Positions 9,929-19,709 of a stretch of DNA of 64,000 bases are shown piece by piece (position 1 is the stretch's first letter; each line of letters begins with the position of its first letter). The position numbers and the translations under genes are program-made. Source of the stretch: Candidatus Marinacidobacterales bacterium (lineage in GTDB: Bacteria > Acidobacteriota > Vicinamibacteria > Marinacidobacterales > DATDRI01). Below the pieces are notes generated by a model. The model did not search any database and was not told where the DNA came from. It saw only the letters and a program-made list of their open reading frames with translations. Location: positions 1,568,001 through 1,632,000 of the forward strand of contig OZ245365.1 of assembly GCA_965226495.1 (NCBI GenBank), given 5' to 3'.

Positions 9929-10026
9929 ATGTCGGACAAGAATGTCCTCGCCAAGGCATCAGACCTCTTCAACCGTAAGCTTTACTTCGAATGTCACGAC
10001 TTGCTTGAAGATGCATGGGCCGGTGC
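9929..10026 (+). pseudogene. Truncated 5' fragment of a DUF309 gene (allele A)
   Basis: MSDKNVLAKASDLFNRKLYFECHDLLEDAWAG, then runs into a repeat element. Confidence 0.75.
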
Positions 10027-10449
10027 GGGAGCCGTCAGCCGTCGCGCAGGTGCGCCGTCACCGGAGCGACAGGCATGGGGGTGGGGCCCCATGCCATTGA
10101 GAGATGCCGCCGCGAGCACCGGCGAGGCTTAGGGGTTGCGGTGGGTTTGAACGACGTTCTGGCGAAGGCGTCGGAGCTTTTCAACCGAAAGCTGTATTTC
10201 GAATGTCATGACATCCTAGAGGATGCTTGGGCCGGTGCGGGAGCCGTCAGCCGTCGCGCAGGTGCGCCGTCACCGGAGCGACAGGCATGGGGGTGGGGCC
10301 CCATGCCATTGAGAGATGCCGCCGCGAGCACCGGCGAGGCTTAGGGTTGCGGTGGGTTTGAACGACGTTCTGGCGAAGGCGTCGGAGCTTTTCAACCGAA
10401 AGCTGTATTTCGAATGTCATGACATCCTAGAGGATGCTTGGGCCGGTGC
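10019..10449. repeat. Tandem ~212-bp unit = repeat element + DUF309 5' end (allele B)
   Basis: GCCGGTGC at 10019, 10231, 10442; copies differ by one G in a homopolymer; hairpin GGCATGGGG-GTGGGG-CCCCATGCC at 10072-10095. Confidence 0.9.
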
Positions 10450-10717
10450 TCGCGGCCCGGAACGCGATTTCCTCCAAGCGTTGATACACATCGCCGTCGG
10501 CATGTACCACGTGGCGGGGGGAAACCAGAGAGGAGCGGTGAGTCAGCTCGAGCAAGGAGTGCGCGCACTCCAGCCGTTTCGCCCGGACCGCGAAGGACTC
10601 GATGTGGAGCGCCTCATCATCGGCGCCGCGCGGTGTCTCGAGAAGTTCGAGAACGATGCCTTCCCGGATTGGACCGCGGAGGACATTCCGAGGATGAATT
10701 ACCGCCGATTGGTGTAG
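10352..10717 (+). CDS. DUF309 domain protein
   Basis: LFNRKLYFECHDILEDAW...FLQALIHIAVGMYH...GN.RGA signature. Confidence 0.85.
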   Translation: MGLNDVLAKASELFNRKLYFECHDILEDAWAGARGPERDFLQALIHIAVGMYHVAGGNQRGAVSQLEQGVRALQPFRPDREGLDVERLIIGAARCLEKFENDAFPDWTAEDIPRMNYRRLV

Positions 10718-10778
10718 GATCGGCATTCCGCCCGGTTCGACGCCAGGCCCAGAATGTCCAAGAATAATTGAGACACCA

Positions 10779-12182
10779 ATGAAGAAGGCGTATGTCGTAG
10801 CACTGGTCCTCCTCGCCGGCCTGTTTCTATATCTGGATGTCGCCGTTCAGCGAGCCGATCGAAAGGCCGATCGAAACGATGTCGCGGCGGGGTCGGCGTA
10901 TAGGGTCATGATCCTCGGCTTCGATGGAACGGATCCCGAGTTTCTCCACTCCTTGATGTCGCAGGGCAAGCTGCCGAACTTCGAGCGGCTCCATCGGGAA
11001 GGAGCCTATGGCCCTTGCCGCACGTTCAAACCGACGAAGTCGAATGTGATTTGGACTTCCATAGCGACGGGCAAGCGAATGGAAAAACACGGCATCATCG
11101 ATTGGATGGTGCTCTCCGATGATGGCCAGGAAAGGCTTCTGACAACGGGAAACCAAAGGCGCACCGAGGCGCTATGGAATATTGCGACAGCAGCCGGGAA
11201 AAGCGTGCAACTGATCAACTGGTGGGCGACTTGGCCTGCGGAACACGTGAATGGTGAGATGGTCTCGAATCATTTCACAAAAACACGCAAGACTCGCATC
11301 GATGAAGCGACATATCCAGCGACTCTCAATGACGAGTTGGAACCACTCGCCGCCTTCGGAGACGCCGGAGTTCACGAGGAGATGCGTGCGGCGGGAATCC
11401 CGGTGTATTCGGACGAGCTCGCGGAGAGTGTCTTTCGTCCTTCCGAGAATTTCAGGAGGCGTTTCGAGGCGTCGGTAGAGCTATTCGCCGAGGATATGCT
11501 CGTCGAGAAAGTTGCGAGTCACCTCATGGAGACCCGCGGGCAAAGGGATCTCTTTGGAGTGATCTTCCGGAACGCGGACATTTTTACACACTTCCTGTGG
11601 CGATTCATCGATGTGCGCTTAGCCAAGCAAGTGTACGACCACCTCAACGAGGATAAGTTGCCGCTCACTTCAGAGATCGAGCAGGCGATGAACGAAGCCT
11701 ACGCCGCGGTCTTGCAGGCGGTGTACATTCATGAAGACCGCCGACTGGGGCGGCTGATGGCGATGGCCGGGCCGGACACGGTGGTGATCGTGGTTTCCGA
11801 TCATGGGTTTCAGTTCCGGAACTATGGCTTTTATCACTACGCTCTAGGTCCGCCGGGGGCGAGAGCGCCAGGAAGTGTGGAAACTTTGGCCCCCCCTGGG
11901 GTAATTTTCCTATGGGGTCCGCCGATCCGGGGCGGCACCAAGCTCACCCACGCGACGGTGTTCGATGTTTCGCCAACCGCCCTGTATCTTCTAGGGCTGC
12001 CGGTCGGGGAGGACATGGACGGGAGGGTTCTGGTCGAAGCCCTTGCCCCTGAACTACTTGCGGAAAGACCCGTCGAGTGGACTCCTACTCACGACAGCGG
12101 CATGCGGGGAGGAAAGCCTCGCCGAAGCCCCATCGACAAGGATATTTTGAAAGAACTGCAAACCCTCGGATACGTGTCTTGA
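10779..12182 (+). CDS. Alkaline phosphatase superfamily (NPP/sulfatase-like) exported protein
   Basis: ILGFDG, WTSIATG, VVSDHGF, C-terminal LQTLGYV. Confidence 0.85.
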   Translation: MKKAYVVALVLLAGLFLYLDVAVQRADRKADRNDVAAGSAYRVMILGFDGTDPEFLHSLMSQGKLPNFERLHREGAYGPCRTFKPTKSNVIWTSIATGKRMEKHGIIDWMVLSDDGQERLLTTGNQRRTEALWNIATAAGKSVQLINWWATWPAEHVNGEMVSNHFTKTRKTRIDEATYPATLNDELEPLAAFGDAGVHEEMRAAGIPVYSDELAESVFRPSENFRRRFEASVELFAEDMLVEKVASHLMETRGQRDLFGVIFRNADIFTHFLWRFIDVRLAKQVYDHLNEDKLPLTSEIEQAMNEAYAAVLQAVYIHEDRRLGRLMAMAGPDTVVIVVSDHGFQFRNYGFYHYALGPPGARAPGSVETLAPPGVIFLWGPPIRGGTKLTHATVFDVSPTALYLLGLPVGEDMDGRVLVEALAPELLAERPVEWTPTHDSGMRGGKPRRSPIDKDILKELQTLGYVS

Positions 12183-12358
12183 GAGGGCACGCGCTTTGCA
12201 GGGATCTAAGGAAGAAACCTGGTCGGAACCTTTGAAAAAATCGGGTTCTTCTTTTTGGCTTGACAGTTGTCTCACGGCTGTAGTAAGAAAAAGGGCGCTT
12301 TTTGTGCATTTTGGGTCGGTTTTCCTCTTGATGGAGCCAACCGCGAGAGGTCGGTGGT

Positions 12359-13300
12359 ATGGCTAAACGATTTTATACATTTATCTTAGTTCCTCATGCA
12401 GAAGCGAAGTTCCGCAAGATTCATTTGTCCAAACGTATCGCCATTCTTTTAATTTCCTTCCTTGGGTTGGTGGCTGTCATGGCCGGAACGTTGACTTTCC
12501 ACTACGTAGAGTTCTACGGGGACATGCACGAGCTCCGGCGACTGAGAATGGTTAACGCCGAGCTACGACGACAAAACCTGGACTATGAGGTTTCAGTCGA
12601 GCATCTGAACAATCGAGTCACTTCACTCCAGGATTTTGTCAAGAAGCTCTCGGTCATGGCCGGGCTCGGGACCGAGCTACCGGACGAATCCGGTGCCGGT
12701 ATGGGAGGATTTCGCGACGATGACGGCGTCTCCCCCGCGAGCGCCTACGAGCAAGTCAAGGGCAGTCTTCATCAAATGGCCAGCGACTTGACCGCTCTCG
12801 ACGCAAAAGGGCGCGTCCTGGAAAGATTCTACGAGGAGCATTCGCTCATGCTTGCCTCCACGCCGTCGATATGGCCGGTACGCGGTTATTTATCTTCGTC
12901 GTACGGTCGTCGTCGCGATCCGTTCACGGGTGAGCGCGAGTTTCATCATGGAATCGATGTCTCGACGCCTATTGGACGGTCGGTCGTGGCCCCCGCCGAC
13001 GGAGTTGTGCTGTACGCAGGCAAGCGTGGAAGCTACGGTAACGTCATCGTCATCGACCACAAGTTCGGGACGATGACCCGTTATGCGCATCTTTCTCGTT
13101 TCAATGTGGGCCCCGGCAAGAGAGTGAAGAGGGGGGATGTCGTCGGTTACGTTGGAAGTACCGGTAGGAGCAACGGCCCGCATCTCCATTACGAAGTTTG
13201 GGTGGCCGATCGCCCGGCGCACCCGCTCAACTACATTCTCGAGTATAATAAGACCTTCACGGTTTCAGGCCGCGGCAGCAGATCTGCTGGCGGACCATAG
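12359..13300 (+). CDS. M23 family peptidoglycan endopeptidase
   Basis: TM plus coiled coil; HHGID, YAHL, GPHLHYEV. Confidence 0.93.
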   Translation: MAKRFYTFILVPHAEAKFRKIHLSKRIAILLISFLGLVAVMAGTLTFHYVEFYGDMHELRRLRMVNAELRRQNLDYEVSVEHLNNRVTSLQDFVKKLSVMAGLGTELPDESGAGMGGFRDDDGVSPASAYEQVKGSLHQMASDLTALDAKGRVLERFYEEHSLMLASTPSIWPVRGYLSSSYGRRRDPFTGEREFHHGIDVSTPIGRSVVAPADGVVLYAGKRGSYGNVIVIDHKFGTMTRYAHLSRFNVGPGKRVKRGDVVGYVGSTGRSNGPHLHYEVWVADRPAHPLNYILEYNKTFTVSGRGSRSAGGP

Positions 13301-13377
13301 CTCTAGCAGGCCCAGAAAAAACTGCCATCGTCTTTCACTACATTGCTTCGGCGTTCACTGCACCTAGCAGACACTTC

Positions 13378-14157
13378 ATGAAGCTTGCCACTGCTCCCAC
13401 GATCCTGGGGCTTGGCACCATCTATGCCCTCGCAGCTGTGGGATGCGGCTCCAGTGCCGCGCCCCTGTCCCCGTCTCCGGTGGGGTCCGAGGCATCCAGT
13501 TCAGGCAGTTCAGACTCGCTCGGCTCAATCTCCGCCATACCTGCTCGGGACGGTGCCAAGAGAACGATCCTGTGTTTCGGCGATAGCTTGACTTTCGGTA
13601 CGACTAGCCGGGCGGCGCCCGGATTCGCGACTCTATCGATGATTGAAGGCTACGTCCCCAAGCTACAGCATCTGTTGGAAGACGAGCTGGATGGGCAGCT
13701 GAACATGGTCAACTCTAGCCGTGGGGGAGGGGATACCAACGAGGGGCTCGCGCGACTTCCTAACGATCTCCGCATCCACAACCCCGACCTGGTTCTGTTA
13801 TGGCTGGGCGTCGTCGATATCAACACCAACGATAAGGCTCGGTTCACTCAGCTACGCGAAAACCTCGTCGCGATGATGCGAATGATTCAGCGCGAGGGAG
13901 CGGCGGTGGTGATCGGAACCTATCCTCCCATGGATCCTGAAGGGTTTCGCGCCCTGGCCCCGGAGAATGTGGAACGCCTCAATACCATCATTCGTCAGGA
14001 AGCGAACGCGGAGCGGGTTCCGATTGCGGGACACGAGATCGCTTTCCGCAACGACCCAGCCTCGTTTCTGGGGAGCGACGGCCTTCACCCTAACGACAAC
14101 GGCTACCAGCTCATCGCCGAGACGTGGTTCGAGGTTGTGAAAGACCTGGACTTCTGA
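13378..14157 (+). CDS. SGNH/GDSL hydrolase lipoprotein
   Basis: AVGC lipobox, FGDSLT, DGLHPN. Confidence 0.88.
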   Translation: MKLATAPTILGLGTIYALAAVGCGSSAAPLSPSPVGSEASSSGSSDSLGSISAIPARDGAKRTILCFGDSLTFGTTSRAAPGFATLSMIEGYVPKLQHLLEDELDGQLNMVNSSRGGGDTNEGLARLPNDLRIHNPDLVLLWLGVVDINTNDKARFTQLRENLVAMMRMIQREGAAVVIGTYPPMDPEGFRALAPENVERLNTIIRQEANAERVPIAGHEIAFRNDPASFLGSDGLHPNDNGYQLIAETWFEVVKDLDF

Positions 14158-14174
14158 TTACCCTCCGAAAGACT

Positions 14175-14235
14175 AGTAATCAGTCTTCAGTTATTCCTGA
14201 TCACTGATGACTGTTAACTGTTCACTGTTCACTAG
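14175..14235. repeat. Heptamer short tandem repeats in inverted arrangement
   Basis: AATCAGT CTTCAGT ... ACTGATG ACTGTTA ACTGTTC ACTGTTC ACT. Confidence 0.7.
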
Positions 14236-14331
14236 GCCATGCCGTCCGCCAGGACGGCAGATGTTGATTAGCCTACGGCCATTTGCTAGACTGGCGGATT
14301 ATCAATCGGAGCAAAAGGTCAATTACTTCTG

Positions 14332-17070
14332 ATGTTTAACACCATTCTCACAAAAGTAATCGGGAGCAAGAACGAGCGCGAGCTCAAGCGGGTCCGACCC
14401 CGGGTCGCTGTCATCAACGAGCTCGAACCGCAGATGCAGGCCCTCTCCGATTCGGATTTGGCGGCGAAGACTCCCCAGTTTCGGGAGAGGTTGAGTCGCG
14501 GCGAATCTCTCGACGATCTCTTGCCCGAGGTCTTCGCAGTATGCCGGGAAGGCGGCCGTCGCGCGCTCAACATGCGTCACTTCGACGTCCAGCTCATCGG
14601 TGGGATGGTGCTCCATCAAGGGAAGATAGCCGAGATGAAGACCGGCGAGGGTAAGACCCTTGTCGCTACGCTCCCGGTCTACCTCAACTCCCTGGCCGGC
14701 AAGGGAGTGCACGTGGTAACGGTGAACGACTACCTCGCTCGGCGGGACGCGGAGTGGATGGGTAGGCTCTACCAGTTTCTCGGCTTGACGGTGGATACCA
14801 TCCAACACGACTTCACAGATGCCGATCGGCAACGCGCCTACCGGGCGGATGTGACTTACGGCACCAACAACGAGTTCGGGTTCGACTACCTACGCGACAA
14901 CATGAAGTTCGACCCTTCGCTCTTCGTGCATCGAATCTTTCCTCGCACCACGAAGGACAGAGACGGCAAAGAGGTCGAAAAACTCTTCAACTTCGCCATT
15001 GTGGACGAAGTGGATTCGATTCTCATCGACGAGGCTCGCACCCCGCTGATTATCAGCGGACCTGCGGAGGAGTCCACCGACCTCTACTACCAGATCGACC
15101 GCGTCATTCCCAAATTTAGAAGGGATTTCGATTTCACAGTTGACGAGAAGTCACGCACCGTGACCTTGACCGAGGACGGCGTGCCTCACTGCGAATCGTT
15201 GTTGGGAGTGGATAACCTCTACGATCCGTCTCAGATGCACATTCTTCATCACGTCTACCAAGCCCTCCGGGCGCACTCGTTGTACAAGCGGGACGTCGAC
15301 TACATGGTGAAAGATGGGCAGGTCGTCATCGTCGACGAGTTCACGGGTAGGTTGATGCCGGGGCGACGTTGGTCTGACGGGCTCCACCAGGCGATCGAAG
15401 CGAAAGAGCACGTCAAGATCGAAAGAGAGAACCAGACTCTCGCCACGATCACTTTCCAAAACTACTTCCGGATGTACGAGAAATTGGCAGGCATGACGGG
15501 AACCGCAGAAACCGAGGCTCCCGAGTTCGAGAAGATTTACGACTTGGAAGTCATCGTGGTGCCAACCAATCGAAATTTGATTCGTGATGAATACGCCGAT
15601 CTCGTCTACCGTACGGAACGAGAGAAGCTCAATGCCGTGGTCGACGAGATCAAGGAGCTCAGCGGGGCGGGCCGCCCCATTTTGGTAGGTACCACGTCCA
15701 TCGGCAAGAGTGAAAAGGTGTCCCAACTCCTCAAACGCTCCGGTGTGAAACATGTCGTGCTGAACGCGAAGTACCACGAGATGGAAGCCGAAATCGTGGC
15801 GCAAGCAGGCCGGATCGGCGCGGTTACCATCGCCACCAACATGGCGGGGCGCGGCACCGACATTCTCTTGGGAGGCAACCCGGACTACATGGCACGAACC
15901 GCACTCAAGGACAAAGGTGTGGACTACCGCGAGGCAGAAGAGGGAGTTTGGGAGGAAGAGTTCAAGAAGGCCACGAAGCAAGTCGCGGAGGCCCACGATA
16001 AGGTCGTGGGGGTAGGCGGGCTTCACATTTTGGCTACCGAGCGACACGAGGCGCGTCGCATCGACAACCAGCTCCGTGGTCGGGCCGGTCGGCAAGGCGA
16101 CCCAGGCAGCTCTAGGTTCTTTCTCTCGCTGGAAGATGACTTGATGCGGATCTTCGGAAGCGAGCGCATCAGCGGGCTCATGCAGAGATTGGGCATGGAG
16201 GAAGGAGTGCCCATCGAGCACAACATGGTGACGCGGGCCATCGAGCGCGCTCAAAAACAGGTGGAAGGCCAGCACTTCTCCATCCGGAAGCACCTGCTCG
16301 AATACGACGACGTCATGAACAAGCAGCGGGTGGCCGTATATCGACTGCGACGCGAGATCCTGGAAGGGAAAGACGAGCGGGAGTACGTCTTGGAGCTGGC
16401 CGACGCGCTGCTCGACTTTAGCGTCGACCGCTTCTTGCATGAGGAGAACGACCCCAGCGAGTGGGATCTGGACGGTTTCAAAAGAGAACTAGCGCGGCAG
16501 TACGGTTTGGACAGCTCGGGGATACAGGACCTGGATTGGGACGGGCTCAATCGCGACGAGATTCGAGAAACTCTTCGCACCAAGATCAAGGCCAAGTACG
16601 AAGAGAAAGAAACGCTTATCGGCCCCGACCTGATGCGTACTCACGAGCGCATCGTGATGCTCCAGATCGTGGACTCGCAGTGGAAGGACCACCTCTACGC
16701 GATGGACCACCTGAAGGAAGGTATCGGGCTCAGGGGCTACGCACAGCGCGATCCACTCATCGAGTACAAGAAGGAAAGTTTCCAGATGTTCGAAGCGACG
16801 TGGGATCGCATCGAGGAAGAGATCGTTCGTTACCTGTTCCTTCTGCAGCCAGTTCGTGAGCGTGTCAGCGAGCCGGCACCGACACGCCGCCCTACGCGAC
16901 TGCAGTTCAACGATCCCGGGGTGTCGTCATCCGCTTTCGCTAGACGCGAATCACAGGGCGGTGCGAACGCCGCAGTGAAGACCGTCAAGAGAGCAGCGGC
17001 AAAAGTCGGTAGGAACCAACTCTGTCCTTGTGGAAGCGGAAAGAAATTCAAAAAGTGCTGCGGTGCCTAG
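14332..17070 (+). CDS. secA: Preprotein translocase ATPase SecA
   Basis: [26 protein letters not shown] motif [13 protein letters not shown]. Confidence 0.99.
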   Translation: MFNTILTKVIGSKNERELKRVRPRVAVINELEPQMQALSDSDLAAKTPQFRERLSRGESLDDLLPEVFAVCREGGRRALNMRHFDVQLIGGMVLHQGKIAEMKTGEGKTLVATLPVYLNSLAGKGVHVVTVNDYLARRDAEWMGRLYQFLGLTVDTIQHDFTDADRQRAYRADVTYGTNNEFGFDYLRDNMKFDPSLFVHRIFPRTTKDRDGKEVEKLFNFAIVDEVDSILIDEARTPLIISGPAEESTDLYYQIDRVIPKFRRDFDFTVDEKSRTVTLTEDGVPHCESLLGVDNLYDPSQMHILHHVYQALRAHSLYKRDVDYMVKDGQVVIVDEFTGRLMPGRRWSDGLHQAIEAKEHVKIERENQTLATITFQNYFRMYEKLAGMTGTAETEAPEFEKIYDLEVIVVPTNRNLIRDEYADLVYRTEREKLNAVVDEIKELSGAGRPILVGTTSIGKSEKVSQLLKRSGVKHVVLNAKYHEMEAEIVAQAGRIGAVTIATNMAGRGTDILLGGNPDYMARTALKDKGVDYREAEEGVWEEEFKKATKQVAEAHDKVVGVGGLHILATERHEARRIDNQLRGRAGRQGDPGSSRFFLSLEDDLMRIFGSERISGLMQRLGMEEGVPIEHNMVTRAIERAQKQVEGQHFSIRKHLLEYDDVMNKQRVAVYRLRREILEGKDEREYVLELADALLDFSVDRFLHEENDPSEWDLDGFKRELARQYGLDSSGIQDLDWDGLNRDEIRETLRTKIKAKYEEKETLIGPDLMRTHERIVMLQIVDSQWKDHLYAMDHLKEGIGLRGYAQRDPLIEYKKESFQMFEATWDRIEEEIVRYLFLLQPVRERVSEPAPTRRPTRLQFNDPGVSSSAFARRESQGGANAAVKTVKRAAAKVGRNQLCPCGSGKKFKKCCGA

Positions 17071-17147
17071 TGTTGTTCCAACCTGTTCGAGCCGATTTAG
17101 TTGGAACGGCACTCGTCCGCCGCAAATTGCAGCAGGGAGCGTGAGCC

Positions 17148-18611
17148 TTGAACAATGACGACAAATTTCCAATCGCTCTCACCTTTGAAGATGTCCTCTT
17201 AGTTCCCCAGAAGTCCGACGTCCTGCCGTCCCAAGTCGATACCAAGACCAAGTTCAGCCGCCGCATTCAACTCAATATTCCCATCGTCAGTTCGGGAATG
17301 GATACCGTTACCGAGTCACGCTTGGCCATCGCGATCGCGCAGCTCGGCGGATTGGGCGTCATTCACCGCAACATGACTCCACAGCAACAAGCAGACGAGG
17401 TCGACAAGGTAAAACGCTCGGAGAGCGGTATGATTGTTGATCCCATCACCATGACCCCCGACCGGTCCATCGCGGAGGCGCAGGCGGTCATGGCCAAGTA
17501 TCGGTTCTCCGGTGTCCCGGTGGTAGTGGACGGCAAACTCGTCGGCATTCTCACCAATCGCGACCTCAGATTCGAGACTCGAATGGATCTTCGAATCTCC
17601 GACGTTATGACGAAGGAAAACTTGATCACCGTTCCGGTTGGAACCAATCTTGCCGAAGCCAAGGAGATTCTGCACGAGCACAGGGTGGAAAAACTCCTGG
17701 TCGTGGACGAGGAGTACAACCTGAAAGGGTTGATCACCGTCAAGGATATTCAGAAGGCCATAAAGTACCCGCTTGCCTGCAAAGACACGCTGGGCCGTCT
17801 GCGATGCGCCGCCGCAATCGGAGTAGGGGAGGAGGCTCTGGAGAGAGCCAAAACACTCATTGATGCCCAGGCGGATGCCCTGGTAGTGGACACCGCACAC
17901 GGTCACAGCACGAAAGTGTTGGAGACGGTCGAGAAACTCAAGAGAAACCATCCCGACGTCGATGTGGTAGCGGGAAACGTTGGCACCGGGGAGGCGGCCC
18001 GCGATTTGATTCAAGCGGGAGCCGACGCGGTGAAGATCGGTATGGGGCCGGGCTCGATCTGCACGACGCGTGTGATTTCGGGCGCCGGTGTTCCTCAGAT
18101 CACCGCCGTGCTCGATTGTGCCGACGCTGCGAGCCAGTTCGACGTGCCACTGATTGCGGACGGCGGAATCAAGTTCAGCGGAGATATCACCAAGGCCATT
18201 GCCGCGGGAGCCGACGCGGTCATGGTCGGTGGCCTTTTTGCCGGCACCGATGAGAGCCCCGGCGAGATGATCCTGTACCAGGGACGGACGTTCAAGACCT
18301 ATCGGGGAATGGGGTCACTGGGCGCCATGAGCGATGCCACTCGAGATCGCTATTTCCAGCAAGACGTGGATGCTTCGAAGTTGGTCCCGGAGGGGATCGA
18401 GGGGCGGGTTCCATCCAAGGGGAGTCTGTCCGGCGTAGTGACCCAGCTGGTAGGAGGGCTACAGGCGGGCATGGGCTATTGCGGCTGCCGGAACATCAAA
18501 GAGTTGCAAACGCGCGCCAAGTTCGTGCGCGTGACGCAAGCGGGGCACCGGGAAGGCCACGTCCATGATGTCATCATCACCAAGGAAGCCCCCAACTACC
18601 AGCTCGATTAA
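17148..18611 (+). CDS. guaB: IMP dehydrogenase
   Basis: CBS pair; GPGSICTTR; ADGG; YRGMGS. Confidence 0.99.
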   Translation: MNNDDKFPIALTFEDVLLVPQKSDVLPSQVDTKTKFSRRIQLNIPIVSSGMDTVTESRLAIAIAQLGGLGVIHRNMTPQQQADEVDKVKRSESGMIVDPITMTPDRSIAEAQAVMAKYRFSGVPVVVDGKLVGILTNRDLRFETRMDLRISDVMTKENLITVPVGTNLAEAKEILHEHRVEKLLVVDEEYNLKGLITVKDIQKAIKYPLACKDTLGRLRCAAAIGVGEEALERAKTLIDAQADALVVDTAHGHSTKVLETVEKLKRNHPDVDVVAGNVGTGEAARDLIQAGADAVKIGMGPGSICTTRVISGAGVPQITAVLDCADAASQFDVPLIADGGIKFSGDITKAIAAGADAVMVGGLFAGTDESPGEMILYQGRTFKTYRGMGSLGAMSDATRDRYFQQDVDASKLVPEGIEGRVPSKGSLSGVVTQLVGGLQAGMGYCGCRNIKELQTRAKFVRVTQAGHREGHVHDVIITKEAPNYQLD

Positions 18612-18671
18612 GAAACGAACCTCACGGTGAGAACTTCTCACCGTTTCGAAATCATCCTGAGAACTTTCCAA

Positions 18672-19670
18672 ATGTTCGCTTGGCTCCGGTTTCGGCTTCT
18701 CGCAGCGGCGGTGACAACCGCCTGGATCTCCGCGTGCGCCGGGGTTTCGCAGACGCTCGTCACCGCCTACAGCCCTCTGCTGGCGATATCCATACCCATC
18801 CCAGCCGGCTGGAGTACCGAGATCGGTTCCCAGGCGGGATTCAAGATGCAGATTTTCACTGGGCCCTCGGTCGATGTGCCCGAGCGGCCGGGTATCCGAG
18901 TCCAAGTCATGACCGGCCCGATACCAGACGGGGTGACGGTGGACGAGATTGCAGAGCGGTACGTCGAAGGGCAAGAGGTGTCCCTCGCGCGCGGACATTC
19001 TTTGCATGGTTTCGCCGGCAAGAGTTGGTACTTCTCGTCCCAGGATGGTGCCGAGCAGTCCCGTCTCATGTTGACCCCGATCGAGGGGATACTGTACGGC
19101 ATCTACGCCCACGGCGAAGCGGGGACCGTCGAGTCCTACGGTTCGGTACTGGACGCGATGTGGGACCAATTCTCGGTAGAGCGGGAGCCGTTTTTCGAAA
19201 CCTACTCTCGGCCGGAGCTATCGTTGCAGTTCCGCCATCCTCGTTCCTGGAATAAGACTATATCCCTTGGGGAGCCTGGTAAATCCTTTTTTGTTGGTTT
19301 CCGCAGCCCGGCTTTGGCCAAAGAAGAAGCAGGGACCAGCATCCACGCGACGCTGGAAGTCAGCGTGAACACTCTCTCTCCAGGAACAACATTGGAGGCG
19401 TTCTACACGGAGCGGACGGAAGCGTTGGGCGACAATTACCGTCTGGTTCGTCACGAGCAGTGGGCGGGCGGAAAGGGTATTTCCAATCTCTACGGGACCG
19501 AGACGCAGCTCGCCAGCTACCTGGAAAGGACGTTCTATTTTGTGCATGACGGTAACAGCCTTGTCTACAAGTTCATCGTTCAAAACGTGGTCTACACCCA
19601 GATCGAGCCCTGGATCGAGGAGATCGCCAAATCGTTTCCCCCTGCTTCCGAGGCCGCCGAGCCTCGTTGA
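18672..19670 (+). CDS. Hypothetical lipoprotein with two similar PsbP-like domains
   Basis: ISAC lipobox; repeated YS...L...P..W pattern at the start of each half. Confidence 0.6.
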   Translation: MFAWLRFRLLAAAVTTAWISACAGVSQTLVTAYSPLLAISIPIPAGWSTEIGSQAGFKMQIFTGPSVDVPERPGIRVQVMTGPIPDGVTVDEIAERYVEGQEVSLARGHSLHGFAGKSWYFSSQDGAEQSRLMLTPIEGILYGIYAHGEAGTVESYGSVLDAMWDQFSVEREPFFETYSRPELSLQFRHPRSWNKTISLGEPGKSFFVGFRSPALAKEEAGTSIHATLEVSVNTLSPGTTLEAFYTERTEALGDNYRLVRHEQWAGGKGISNLYGTETQLASYLERTFYFVHDGNSLVYKFIVQNVVYTQIEPWIEEIAKSFPPASEAAEPR

Positions 19671-19709
19671 GAACGGACATTGATGTGAGATATACTGGTT
19701 GGCAATTCT

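Noticed and set aside
15151-16440. Long antisense ORFs (also 45515-46711, 62810-63982, 43137-44129)
   Set aside because: Shadow frames of secA, the TPR protein, mreB and lpxD, expected in GC-rich DNA
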